Source of the DNA: Nitrosopumilus sp.
GTDB lineage: Archaea > Thermoproteota > Nitrososphaeria > Nitrososphaerales > Nitrosopumilaceae
Assembly (NCBI GenBank): GCA_965207445.1
Contig: CBDBLX010000002.1
Coordinates: 288,001 to 352,000, forward strand
DNA length: 64,000 bases
Direction of reading: 5' to 3'
The notes under the pieces are model-generated. The model searched no databases. It saw only the letters and a program-made list of their open reading frames with translations, and had not been told where the DNA came from. A program made the position numbers and the translations under genes. Below are positions 42,613 through 54,200 of the stretch, piece after piece (positions within the stretch are counted from its first letter, which is position 1; every line of letters starts with the position of its first letter).

Positions 42613-44299
42613 TCAGTAGTTCAAAAAGTGACGGTGTCACAAAGGGCCGAACGCATTAAAAATCTGCAGACGATCAATCTTTTTCAGACTCATATCATGC
42701 AATAGTGCATGGCATGGACAATTGTTTCTATGTATTGGCAGTTGGTCACAATTGTACGGCCCTAGATGCAAATGCTCAAAAAAACTTTACTAAAAGGGCA
42801 ACATTTATTGCTAAGCGCGCATATAAATGGCGGGTACGTAACTAAAGTAATGAAACAAAAGAAACGCATCTAACAACACAAGATCGCATCGGACGTATTT
42901 AACAGAGGGGCCCGAAACTTTTGACAGTGTTGCCACCGTCGTTTTATGCGGACCCTAATGCAGTGTATGGCACAGATGAGATTATGCGATATGTGTTTAT
43001 GATGTGTGCTGAAAATGCCAGCCATGAGGGCATATCGCAGATATGCAAAGACGAGATTGATCTTGCCAGGGTTCCGACCGGAGCAACGCTTCTCAACAGG
43101 GTAGGTGGCTCGTCTTATTCTGACACGCACGAATCGTGTGACAGGATGATAGACGTCACATTGGAAGAACCGCGCAATCGGGGATTGTTCAGAAAGCCCG
43201 TGATTACTGCCACAGACGATCATGACGTACCGGTTCATTTTGAAAAGGTTGATGACGAGTATATGACAGCAGGCAAACCAAAGGGCGGAACCAGCAAGAT
43301 GCTACGATATACCACGGTGCAGATTGTGGGACGTTCAACCAGTTTTATATTGGCCGTGCATCCCACGGGAAAAAACCATGCAAAAGAGGCGATTGTAGGC
43401 ACACAAATTAGACAGATACGCGATGCCGGAGTTGTATCAAAAACACATTTGCTTGACAAGGGGTTTTACAAAGTTGAGGTCATAAAAATACTGGATGCCG
43501 AAAGGCGGCAGTATGTAATGCCTGCAAGATGGAGCAAAAAAATCGACGATATTGTAGGCCGCATATGATGCAAAAGAGGGACTGGGCGTGTTACCGTACG
43601 AGATCAGAGGTGGTGGCAAATCTGTAATGACGACGCTTGTAATCGTAAAAAGAAAGGGTGTGAAAAAGAGTACTCCTCTGCGAAAAAAATATCTGGTATT
43701 TGTAACCAACGCAGACAGACACAGAGCCAAAAGCATACTTGCAAACATACCAAAGATATACAAAAAACGCTGGGGAATAGAAACTAGATACAGGTGCGCA
43801 AAGCAGTGCAGGCCATTCACATGTAGCAGAAACCCGTCTGTCAGACTGATACTGTTTTACTTTACCATGATCATATATAACGCATGGAACATGATAAACT
43901 GGTTCATACGCAAAGAGATTCCCGACAGCTCTAATGTGCGTTCTCCACTGACGCTATACCGGATGCTTGAAAAAATCTACGACACGTACAAGAAAATGAT
44001 ACTCAGAAACGTCGCCGCGAGCCAGTTCTTTTTAGAAGACATCGGGTGATGTCCTACTTCAAAAATACCGCAAGCACAATACAAAATACAACGTGCCAAA
44101 TCACAGGAAGATAAAAACCGGGCCCCGCCTGCGCACGTCATGTTGTGGCGCGCCGAACCGGGCTTGCAAACCCGCCTGATCAGCTATACGACACATGTGT
44201 TTTCTACCTCGCAATCGTGTCACTGACCTGACACGCGACACGTAGTGACAATGTACCCGAATCCGGACTCAAACACTGCTTTACTTTTTGAACTACTGA
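42613..44299 (+). mobile_element. ISH3-family element, transposase split by one frameshift (42921-43568 and 43588-44049)
   Basis: Perfect 17-bp TIR TCAGTAGTTCAAAAAGT; ITATDDHD, LLDKGFY, YVMPA, YKKRWGIETRYR. Confidence 0.9.
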
Positions 44300-44301
44300 T
44301 A

Positions 44302-44435
44302 TGCAAAAAACAATTCAAGATGTCAGAAATGGAGGCAGACCACAAAGTCCCTTGAAGTAGGGGGGTGGCCGCACGACGCAAGATAACTGTCAGATGCTAT
44401 GCAGGAATGACAATCGTGAAAAGTCTGGAAAATAG
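44302..44435 (+). pseudogene. HNH endonuclease C-terminal remnant
   Basis: CKKQFKMSEMEADHKVP*S / GGRTTQDNCQMLCRNDNREKSGK*. Confidence 0.7.
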
Positions 44436-44479
44436 GAAATCTGTCAGGCTAGCCAATCTATTAACCGAATTGCGCGAGC

Positions 44480-44803
44480 CTACTGCATCTTCTGGTCTCC
44501 GACCTTGTAGTCTATGAGGGCACATATGTACACGGGATTATAGCACCATTTAAAGCGCTCGTCTCGGTTGATGTACCTCTCGCTTCTGGCATCGTCCTTC
44601 ATGAGATTCCACATCCTTCTGAAATCCTTCTCCTTTCTTATGGGCCTCGGTTCTCCAGAGGATTCAGGTGTGGCGATTACAATATCGGAGCCTGACATTA
44701 CGGCCTTGAACGGCTTGCTCTGATTTAGCGTCCTGAAATAGCTGTTGTGCTTTAAGCACTCCTGCAACAGTTGCCAGAACTTATCAAAGTCCATTACCCC
44801 CAT
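44480..44803 (-). CDS. Hypothetical protein (~105 aa)
   Basis: MDFDKFWQLLQ...FRTLNQSKPFKA...YNPVYICALID; start moved to the downstream ATG. Confidence 0.65.
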   Translation of the reverse strand: MGVMDFDKFWQLLQECLKHNSYFRTLNQSKPFKAVMSGSDIVIATPESSGEPRPIRKEKDFRRMWNLMKDDARSERYINRDERFKWCYNPVYICALIDYKVGDQKMQ

Positions 44804-44898
44804 CTGTGATGCTGCGGTTAAAATACCTTGTGAACTACATTTCAGAGAAGATCGTGAATCACGCCTGTGTGTGTAGACCACCCGAATTGGAAGCAGTG

Positions 44899-44955
44899 CC
44901 CCGATAGGTCACCGTTTTGACAGCCAGTCACAGGTCACCAGTTCTTGACAGTTCC
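44899..44955 (-). repeat. Single diverged inverted copy of part of the 104-bp tandem unit
   Basis: Reverse complement reads GGAACTGTCAAGAACTGGTGACCTGTGAC...CTGTCAAAACGGTGACCT.TCGGGG. Confidence 0.85.
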
Positions 44956-45081
44956 GCTTTGAAATACCATATGCAATACTCGCATTTCATACTATGCAGT
45001 GGTTCGCAGGTCGGACCTTTCTAGCTTGGGCATCAAAGTCTATACCTAGAGATCCATCACACAAAGACATGACTCCCAGTA

Positions 45082-47208
45082 GTAACAGTTCAACCCCTAT
45101 TTTGTAAGTAGTCATGCAGATACAGCAATAGCGATCACCGATCATTACTGTGATCGAATTTACGTAAATCTAAATGATAAACACGACGATATGTGAGAAA
45201 GTGCTCAAAATGTTGAAAACACGTTTGATTATTTTTTGCATCTAGGCAGGAAATTACTCAACTAATTGACCTGTGGTCAGCTTTTGACATTGCGGCCTGT
45301 TAAATACATATTTTTCTACTTATCATTGTACTCGAAAATGATAAGTAGAAAATCTATTGATATTGTATTGCAAAAACAGTATTTAGACTATTTTAACCAC
45401 AATAATGAAAATTTACATAATTGTGTACATGGTGTACGCAAACACAGTTGTGCGGTGGGTAGCAAAATCATCAGAGGTGGTGTGTTGCAATGATCTCAGA
45501 GATGGCCACACTGCGCAAAGAAATTCATACATTGCACTCACAGTTGGATTCTGCAAATGATACGATACGCAACAATTCTGCTGAATTAGAGAAGAGTCAT
45601 CTAGAGACGGCTACTGCGCGAGCAGAGATTGCGGTATTAGAAGAGAAATACTCCAAAATGTCTGCCAAAAACAAGCAGCTTGAGGATACAATAAAGCAAC
45701 AGCAACAGCAACACAATTGCAGTCAGGAATGTATAGTTTTAAGAGAAGAGAATGTACAACTAAAACAACAACTCCAACAAAAAACCAGACAACACCACCG
45801 TGTTGATAATGCCCACACACCTCCCTCTGCAGGAAGTGACTCACAAAATAAACTCAAAAATTACAGACGCGAACATGCAGAACGCTGTTACTTGGAATAT
45901 GGAATAGTTATGGAAGCCATTACTAATTCTAACAATTATGTACTCGAAAATGAAATTGCACATGAAACCAACGACAAAGCGGTTAGAAAAGGAGTCAGTC
46001 TAATCCTGTATGGGTTAGAAGATAAGACAAAAGGAAAAAAATGGAATGAAGATGAGGAGGAGAAAACAACAATATACAACATGGACGTCACAGAGGAAAT
46101 TGACTGTACAGTAGACAAATGCCCTGAATGTGGTGCAGATGTAGATGTTAAACACGAATGCAAGATGGTAATAGACACTCCAGTAATAGTCAAAGCCACA
46201 AAAAAACAGATTAAATCATCAAAAGGCAAGTGCAAAAACAACCACAAAATAAACACCATGCCCAAAGGATATACCAAAGGCTCAATGTTTGGCCCCAATC
46301 TCATGACCATGATCGTATTCATGTTCTTTACAACACTCAGTCTAAACTCCATATCACACATGCTAACGCTAGTCGGCGTTCCAAAGGTCTCAAAGGTGAC
46401 CATAATGAACGCTCTTACAGCAGTAGCAAGAGAAAAGTTTGCAGCAACTGCAAAACAGATCTCAAAAAATCTTGCAAAAACAAGATATTTGATGGGTGAT
46501 GAAACGCCAGTCAAAATAGGCATAAAACGTGGCTATGCGTGGGTGTTCATAGGCGAATATGGCATCAGTTTTGTCATTACTCGCTCACGTGGTGCGGCTG
46601 TATTAGATATACACTGTCCGTTATTTGACATTCCAATCGTGGTGGATGGATACGCCGCATACAACAAATTCAAAACCAAACAGCGCTGCTGGGCGCATGT
46701 TTTACGCGATGCCGAACTGCTGGCAGCCATGCAAGGCGGCAATCTCGTAGAATTACACCAAAAACTCCAACACATATTTCACGAGGCCAAACAGCTACCC
46801 CCAGACACCACAGATCAACAACTGCAAGACAACTGGATAGATCCCGTCATGGCAATTGCAGGCACATATACAGAACTAGGATATTCGTTTGGTGGCAAAC
46901 TGCTCAATGCGGCGCCAGACCTGTTTACATTTGTCAAATATCCGGGCATGCCACCTACCAACAACAAATCCGAACGAACACTGCGGCGCGTCGTAATTCA
47001 CAAAAAGATTCGTCAGATGTTTCGCAGTACAACAGGAATGGAAGTTTATGGTATATTGATGTCATGTATGATGACGTGGTATGATCAGGACAAGGATCTT
47101 GTAAAGAACATCCATAACACCATCATGGCAAGCTAAATCATTCACCAAACTTCATCGCATAGCAGTAGATGTGTGTTGAGGTGTACAGGTAGGGGGTTTA
47201 ACTGTTAC
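45082..47208 (+). mobile_element. Complete single-ORF IS66-family element (ISBst12-like) with 9-bp target duplication
   Basis: TIRs GTAACAGTTCAACCCC / GGGGTTTAACTGTTAC; CTCCCAGTA on both sides. Confidence 0.93.
45490..47136 (+). CDS. IS66-family transposase, intact
   Basis: Coiled coil, NAHTPPS, CPEC zinc finger, GDETP, VDGYAAY, QRCWAHVLR, PTNNKSERTLR. Confidence 0.95.
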   Translation: MISEMATLRKEIHTLHSQLDSANDTIRNNSAELEKSHLETATARAEIAVLEEKYSKMSAKNKQLEDTIKQQQQQHNCSQECIVLREENVQLKQQLQQKTRQHHRVDNAHTPPSAGSDSQNKLKNYRREHAERCYLEYGIVMEAITNSNNYVLENEIAHETNDKAVRKGVSLILYGLEDKTKGKKWNEDEEEKTTIYNMDVTEEIDCTVDKCPECGADVDVKHECKMVIDTPVIVKATKKQIKSSKGKCKNNHKINTMPKGYTKGSMFGPNLMTMIVFMFFTTLSLNSISHMLTLVGVPKVSKVTIMNALTAVAREKFAATAKQISKNLAKTRYLMGDETPVKIGIKRGYAWVFIGEYGISFVITRSRGAAVLDIHCPLFDIPIVVDGYAAYNKFKTKQRCWAHVLRDAELLAAMQGGNLVELHQKLQHIFHEAKQLPPDTTDQQLQDNWIDPVMAIAGTYTELGYSFGGKLLNAAPDLFTFVKYPGMPPTNNKSERTLRRVVIHKKIRQMFRSTTGMEVYGILMSCMMTWYDQDKDLVKNIHNTIMAS

Positions 47209-47269
47209 CTCCCAGTACGGGTTTATCCTAAAATAGACCTCATATCATACCGTATATGGGAATTCTGAT

Positions 47270-50200
47270 ATGGGGAAGACAGTCCGGAAGGATTTAGACG
47301 AATCAGTTAAAACACAAAACAATGACTCTGAACCTATGTCTCAAAACCCTGAAAAACCCATAGATTATTTTAGAGACAAAGCATTAGACACTAAAGATGA
47401 GGACAAATTCAAGCATCTACACTACGTCGAGGTCTTAAAAGATATTCTACTGAAATCAGAGACTCCAATTAATGTTGGACTATACGGGAAATGGGGAGTC
47501 GGAAAATCATCAATAGTCCACATGTTAAAAGAAACAATAACCACAGATGAAGAATTAAAAGAATTTAAATACGTTGAAATCGACGCTTGGGGCCTATCGA
47601 AAGCCTCATTACAGCAAGAAATACTGGAGGAAACCAATATTCAACTAGATGAGAAGGCCTACAAGCAGAACGAGATTGAAGATAAACTGTATAACGTACA
47701 ACAAGTGGACGCCTATAATCTTAGTACGCTAAAGAAATTTTGGTGGATAGGGATACCAGCTGGAATCGCAATCTTCTTAGCTCTTGATAATATTACAGAT
47801 CTTCCAACTAAAATTTCCACGATTAGCTTGTTATCAATTCTCGCATTTCTACTGTCGCTTACAAGGTTACTTTTGGGAACATCTAAACGAATCATTCCGA
47901 AAGCAACATCCTCTCTTAAATTCAAAGAAATTTATAGAAAAATTACCGACGAATCAGGGAAAAAAATCGTTGTAGTAATTGACAATCTTGATAGATGTAA
48001 TGATGAAGTTGCAGTTGAATTATTAGGATTGATTCAAACCTTCATGGTCAAAAAGAACTGCATAAACATTCTTACCTGTGACGACGAAGCCATTATCACG
48101 CATCTCCGAAACGTTAAAGGTGAACAGTACACGGACAAGGACGGAAATGAATTTCTAAGCAAATTCTTTCAGGTAACATTGAGAATACCTCCGTTTATCG
48201 GAGAGAATTTAGAACGATACACAGAAGATCTAATGAAAAGAAGAAGTGTTCACTTTAAGCGCTTTGTACGTCAAGTATTAATCTCAGGTGCAGTTGAGAA
48301 CCCCCGAAAAATCAACCAGTTTTTGAATAACACCGTAGCATTATACCGTCTTGCAGAGCTTAAAGAAAACGATCACAAACTTCCAAAAGGCGTAATAACC
48401 GAACACACAGATTTTTTGACAAAAATAATTATAATTCGACATGAATGGCCTGAGTTCTATAAGGAAATCGAAGAACACCCGGATATTTTCAATAACAATG
48501 ATCATATTAAATGGTTACGCGCTAGGAAAGAGAAAAACACGAACAACAATAATGAAAAGGAAAACCCTTCGCTTCACGCGCTAGAAAAATTTCTAAACAG
48601 AACTCAAATGTCTCATGTAGACGATGTCATCCCATTTCTGCGACTGAATCAAGAGTCATATGCTGCCGAATCTGGAATGGATGAGTTTGGGACCGCTGTT
48701 GCCACATTGGATTCAGAATCTGAAAAGCTATTTGTAAACTCCAAAAACCAGAATCAGTATTTAAAGAAGATTGAGTATCTTATGGAGGAAAGTGCAGAGA
48801 AAAATGATCCGCTGACTCTAGTTAACTGTTCTCTTTCTTTAATTGGTATTCTGAAACATGTTGAAAATATCGAAGATCGTGAATTTGCATTGGCAACTCT
48901 TGGAAGGCACCTGTCTAATTCCCTCTTAAATGAATGGGATAAATTTGATCTTGACAGATACAACATGGTTGAACATCTTGAAGAAATGCCCCGTCATCTT
49001 TCTACCAAATTTTATGAAAGATTAATTCATGAAACTTTTCCTGGTGAAGTAATAAATGACAAGATATTATTTCAATTTATGAAGAATGGAGAGCAAATTT
49101 CTACCTATATTATGGATATGGTGGATGATGCATTCAGTAAATCGATTTCCAACAATGTAGACAATATGGAATTTTTAATCGAATGCTGTGTGAAATACCG
49201 TTGGAGTCAAAACAATGTCTCTAAACCCTCAAAAGCAATATCTGTCATAATAGGCCACATCACCTTTGGTTTCGAAAGCGATGATTCCTCATACAGAACC
49301 GTATATGAAAAAATTAAAGGAGATATACATAGCTCAGAGAGAGGAAGATTTCTTGAAAAAGTAAGATCGGCTATCCTAGAGTTTACGAACCGCGATCAGG
49401 CATTCCCTGCATCATTAATGACTGCAATAAAAGAGATACCAGAGAATATTGATGAAAATATCCAACAAAAAGAAAGCATCTTCAAAACTCTGCCAGACTC
49501 GATAAAAGAAACTACAGACCGAGAACAGTCAGAAGCATTATTTGGCATCATAATTAATCTAGCAGAAAAATTTGAACAATCAGACGATGTTTCTGTCGAT
49601 GTAAACGAATCGCTAGAACGTGCAGTTGTTGCATACTTGAGCGGTGCAGATCATGATGCAATATTGAATCTCCTCAATGAAAACAATCCCAGAAAACAGG
49701 AATTTCTAAAATCAAAAGCAATTTCGGCTGCACTAGTTGAACGATTCATTGCAATTGGTCCACATAACGCGGAAATTTTGAGGTATTTACTATGGAATAC
49801 TCCATTTGAGTTGCAAGACAGCGTTGCGGAAAGATTAAACGGGCTAATATTGTCAAAAGATCCCGACCAGTATTCTACACTACTCAAAGTAGCCCAAGAA
49901 TTAGACAAGGACTTTAACTATTCTATTATTGACTCAATTAGAGAAACCTGCAAAAAAGTAGCATCTGAAGAGGATTCCGAACAACGGATATTCTACCAAT
50001 ATGTGTTAAAACTGAAACCTTCGTCCAATGATATTCGAGAAATTATTAGATACTCAGAGCGCTTGATTGTAGACCCAGATGCCGCAAAACAAGACGAGGG
50101 CTTGGAGTTACTACAACTAGTAAATTCCGCCAAGGAACCTCCGGGCACCCATGGAATTGTAAAAGCTATAGATCAATCAATTGTATTTTTGCAGAGTGAT

Positions 50201-50533
50201 TCAGCTCGGGTGGATAATTACCTATCATTTATTTTCCAAAATCCTGACCGATGGTCTTCCTCACACCATATAAAATTAAAAGATCTCTTTAGGGAAGGCT
50301 TGAAGCCTGAACGGTCAGAGCAAATTCTTAATATCATACTTTTATATCTTAATGCAGCTCAGGAAAGAATGATCCCATATATTTTAGATGAATTAATTGC
50401 ATGCGCACAACAAACTCCTCATGGTAATCCAAAAGAGCAAATTAAGCAAGTCTTGATCAGCAACAAATCTGCATTGGGATGGAGACAAAAGAATATAATC
50501 AAAGAAATTTATGGAGATCTCGATCTAGAGTAA
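47270..50533 (+). CDS. KAP-family P-loop NTPase with two TM helices and a long helical C-terminus
   Basis: GLYGKWGVGKS, IDAW, VVVIDNLDRC, FLSKFFQ, NPRKINQFLN. Confidence 0.92.
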   Translation: MGKTVRKDLDESVKTQNNDSEPMSQNPEKPIDYFRDKALDTKDEDKFKHLHYVEVLKDILLKSETPINVGLYGKWGVGKSSIVHMLKETITTDEELKEFKYVEIDAWGLSKASLQQEILEETNIQLDEKAYKQNEIEDKLYNVQQVDAYNLSTLKKFWWIGIPAGIAIFLALDNITDLPTKISTISLLSILAFLLSLTRLLLGTSKRIIPKATSSLKFKEIYRKITDESGKKIVVVIDNLDRCNDEVAVELLGLIQTFMVKKNCINILTCDDEAIITHLRNVKGEQYTDKDGNEFLSKFFQVTLRIPPFIGENLERYTEDLMKRRSVHFKRFVRQVLISGAVENPRKINQFLNNTVALYRLAELKENDHKLPKGVITEHTDFLTKIIIIRHEWPEFYKEIEEHPDIFNNNDHIKWLRARKEKNTNNNNEKENPSLHALEKFLNRTQMSHVDDVIPFLRLNQESYAAESGMDEFGTAVATLDSESEKLFVNSKNQNQYLKKIEYLMEESAEKNDPLTLVNCSLSLIGILKHVENIEDREFALATLGRHLSNSLLNEWDKFDLDRYNMVEHLEEMPRHLSTKFYERLIHETFPGEVINDKILFQFMKNGEQISTYIMDMVDDAFSKSISNNVDNMEFLIECCVKYRWSQNNVSKPSKAISVIIGHITFGFESDDSSYRTVYEKIKGDIHSSERGRFLEKVRSAILEFTNRDQAFPASLMTAIKEIPENIDENIQQKESIFKTLPDSIKETTDREQSEALFGIIINLAEKFEQSDDVSVDVNESLERAVVAYLSGADHDAILNLLNENNPRKQEFLKSKAISAALVERFIAIGPHNAEILRYLLWNTPFELQDSVAERLNGLILSKDPDQYSTLLKVAQELDKDFNYSIIDSIRETCKKVASEEDSEQRIFYQYVLKLKPSSNDIREIIRYSERLIVDPDAAKQDEGLELLQLVNSAKEPPGTHGIVKAIDQSIVFLQSDSARVDNYLSFIFQNPDRWSSSHHIKLKDLFREGLKPERSEQILNIILLYLNAAQERMIPYILDELIACAQQTPHGNPKEQIKQVLISNKSALGWRQKNIIKEIYGDLDLE

Positions 50534-50572
50534 CGCTCATTGAAAATTTCATCTTATGATGGACAATCGCAG

Positions 50573-50780
50573 GGTTCTCTTGCAAACGCGGTTGATCGTA
50601 ACTATTTTACTTTTTGAAGCGCACACACAAGGTAAAAAATCATGCACATTTTTCTGATCATAGCGATCTCAGCATTATATATATGAAATAATTGGCAATG
50701 ATAATGCGCAGTTGATTAAAATACACAGATGGGACAAATGATTCTGTAGTTTTAGCCGGGTTTGCATGTTTTACAACGGC
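50573..50780 (+). mobile_element. IS6-type end/remnant
   Basis: GGTTCTCTTGCAAACGCGGTTGATCG; following sequence is similar to the reverse complement of 11320-11510. Confidence 0.65.
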
Positions 50781-51193
50781 ACAACCCAAAGAAACCTTGT
50801 CTATAAAACAACCAAGCGATGACTATAGTCCAAACATGTGCTCAATATAATTACCGTAGGGCATAAAATGATCATAATGTGTAGCGCATCTTTAATGCTC
50901 AAAAGCATGTCACGCAAACAAGAAAATGTACCAATGCAAGCTAACAGATGAAAAAATAAATCAGAAATAATGGTATGCAAACACACTACATCCTGACAGC
51001 TACCATCTAGTACAAGCTATAAACTATCTTGTACCATAACAGTATGGACACGAAATGCAACGACGAACATCACTACACCATACCCACACATGGAGAATTA
51101 CATAATAGATGTTCAACTCACACACCAGACCAAAATTATCATAACAAATATTCATTTAGCATCAAATCATACACCGGATCAATTGTTCATCAC

Positions 51194-51202
51194 GCTTATA
51201 AG
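51194..51202 (+). promoter_or_regulatory. Putative TATA box of the S-layer gene
   Basis: CTTATAAG about 30-35 bp upstream of ATG 51231. Confidence 0.45.
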
Positions 51203-51230
51203 GAAATTTCCGTGAAAAATCAATAATAAC

Positions 51231-54200
51231 ATGCAAAACGAAAATTACAGAAAATATACTAGCCTAACATTAATGGCAATTATGGTTGCCGGTGGGCTTA
51301 CCTTTGCAATACCAGGTACTGCACCCGTAGCATATGCTGCTGTGGACCAAACTAATGCAAACCTGTATGTATCTGCAGAAGGTCAAGACGCTGACAATCA
51401 ATTTGCCGAAGGAAACATTATAGAAGTTATAATTTTAGATAGTACAATCGGAGATACTGGTGAGAGTGAGGCTGAGCCTACCGTAACCGTAAATGGTGCT
51501 GATTTGCGAATGTTGCAAACCGGCGACGGTAACTGGCGTGCATACTTTGCACAAGCCGATGCTCTTGAAGATATCGATGAAATGAACGGACAATTAGACT
51601 ATGGTGTGCATTGTTCTGCAAGTGCTGCAAGCACTGTTTCAACTATACCACTAAGTGACACAAACGGTGTCTACTTTCCTCCAGGTTCAGTTAATGCAAA
51701 CTGTGCTGCACTGCCCGGTGATACTAGTCACCCTCTGATAAGGGAGACTAGAACTCTGACTGATTGGAACCCTGCTGGGGATACAATCGGTCAGCTCGGA
51801 CTTGCAAATGAAAACTTGTGGCCATTCATACAGGTCTTTGACTTTGCTTCACAAAGCGATGTCAGAATTGTGTATGAGAAAGGTGGTCAACAGACAGTCA
51901 CACTAACATTAGATGACCCATCAGAATCACACTCACTAAACAGTGAGCGATATCCACAAAGCGCACACGTACTTGTCACGATAAATGACTATGCACTAAA
52001 CATAGATCCTACTGATGAGGATATGTGGGCATTTGATACTCAAAACGGAGCTGCTTATTACAACCTGTTTGATGAGGACGGCACACCTGATAATATCATG
52101 GACTCAACAATTGTTAACTATGCAGGGGAAGCTGGAATTGGTGAGCAGATATCCATAGTTCGTAACGGACAAGGCGGTGATCCTTTGATTAACTGTCAAG
52201 TCACAAAAGACTTTGGAATTCAAGATGCGAGTAATGCAAATATGGATTACTTGGTGAGTAATGATGACAGTAATGGTGCTTGTGTACCAACTGACAACAT
52301 CACCAATGCTGCTGCAGGTGAAATATTTACAGCAGATAACTTTGTAATCGGATTTGTAGAGGATGGCTCTAACAATGATGCATTTATCAACTGGGCAGAA
52401 GACCAAAGGTCCAACCTAGTGGTAAGAGATGACGCTGATAGAAACCGTAGCTTTGAGATTGACTATAGTTCACCAGGTGCAATATCTGGTATTGTAAGTC
52501 ACTTCTTTGCAGACATGTCAATTGATGTAGAAGACGGTGTCTGGAACTCTGGTGAGCGTGTACCTTTCACATTAACTGATGCTGATGCTAATGTTAACCC
52601 ATTGGCTGAAGATAACCTAGAGGTTGCAAACCCAAAGAGCAAACTGATACCTTCAATTAAAATCGGCGATCCTATCACACTTGCGTCTGCTTCAGGCGAC
52701 GTAACGTGGTTTGATATAGAAGAGCCTGACACCATGAAACCTGAAATCAGGTTGAATGGTAATAGTACCATTAGAATAGTAGAGGATAGACCATATACTG
52801 AGCAGGGCGCAGTCTGTAGCGACAATAAAGACGCAAACAAGCCTGCAACTGTCTCTGGTAGTGTAAACAACACTCAGCCAGGTGAATATACGATAACCTA
52901 TACTTGTACTGACATGGCTGACAACGCCGCAGACCCGGTGACTAGAACTGTCACGGTCTTAGAGGCTGATAGGACAAGACCAACAATTGAACTGAATGGT
53001 CCTGCGACTGTTTCAGTAGTGCAAGATGCTGTTTATATGGAAAGGGGCGCAGTCTGTAGCGACAACGTCGATGATGACAAAGACGCCACGCCATCAACAC
53101 CACCTGACACCTCTACACTTGGCAACAAGACGGTAACCTATACTTGTACTGACAGCTCTGGCAACGCCGCAGACCCGGTGACTAGAACTGTTACTGTCAT
53201 AGAGGCTGACACTCAAAAGCCCACCATAAATCTGAACGGTGCGCCTAGAATCACGGTAATACAAGGCAGCACCTATAATGAGCTGGGCGCAGTTTGTAGC
53301 GACAACGTCGATGAGGACACGCCAGCAACACCAGACATCACTCCTGATCTCAGCATGACCGGCGAGCAGACGGTAACCTATACTTGTACTGACAGCTCTG
53401 ACAACGCTGCAGACCCGGTGTTTAGAACTGTCAATGTCATAGAGGCTGACACTCAAAAGCCCACCATAAATCTGAACGGTGAGCCTAGAATCACGGTACT
53501 GCGACAAAGTGGTGTCACATATGACGACCCAGGAGCCGTCTGTATGGACAATGCAGATGTTGATACGGCTGCAATGCCAAATCGTGAAGTCGACCTGAGT
53601 GCCACTGGCACTTTTGAGATCATATACAATTGTACTGACAGCTCTGGCAACACTGCAGACCCGGTGACTAGAACTGTCAATGTTCGGCTCCCGATAACCC
53701 TGGATAGCCTTGTGGCCGTCAACGAAAATTGGGAGAATGGAAAGTTCAATCTGAACATAACAGGACACAGTATTGACGATCGCAACGTCGTACTGACCCA
53801 ATTCGGCAATGACGACTTTAAGCCCATAACGGTACCGGTAGGCAATGATGGTACCATAAGCGGGATTGTATCCATAACGGACATTAGCGTGCAGGGCGAC
53901 ATAGACCTTGGTCTAAAACCAAAGACAAGTACCTCTAACATGTCAGAGACAAAACGTGTCACTGTTCCAGACGTACTGGTACTGGCTAGCATTGCCCCTG
54001 ACAGATGGTACTTTGTTGACACCACCTTTGTAGATGACGATAATGATGACGTTGATGATGACACGAACCCTAACACATATGAATTCAGAGTCACAGTAAA
54101 TGGCTTTGATGGGACAGGACCTAACGATAGAGCAGAACTTCGTGCAGTAAACAGCACGGGATATCCAATAGGAAAGGGATATCCTGCCACTTTTGAAGAC

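Noticed and set aside
43560..43590. Programmed frameshift in the ISH3 transposase
   Set aside because: No convincing slippery site before the stop, and ISH3 transposases are normally single ORFs; most likely a simple indel.
1625..44435. TGA-to-Trp recoding suggested by in-frame TGA in the DUF4411 and HNH remnants
   Set aside because: The same ORFs also have frameshifts, a TGG-to-TAG change occurs in the IS66 copy, and intact genes end in TGA. This is ordinary decay.
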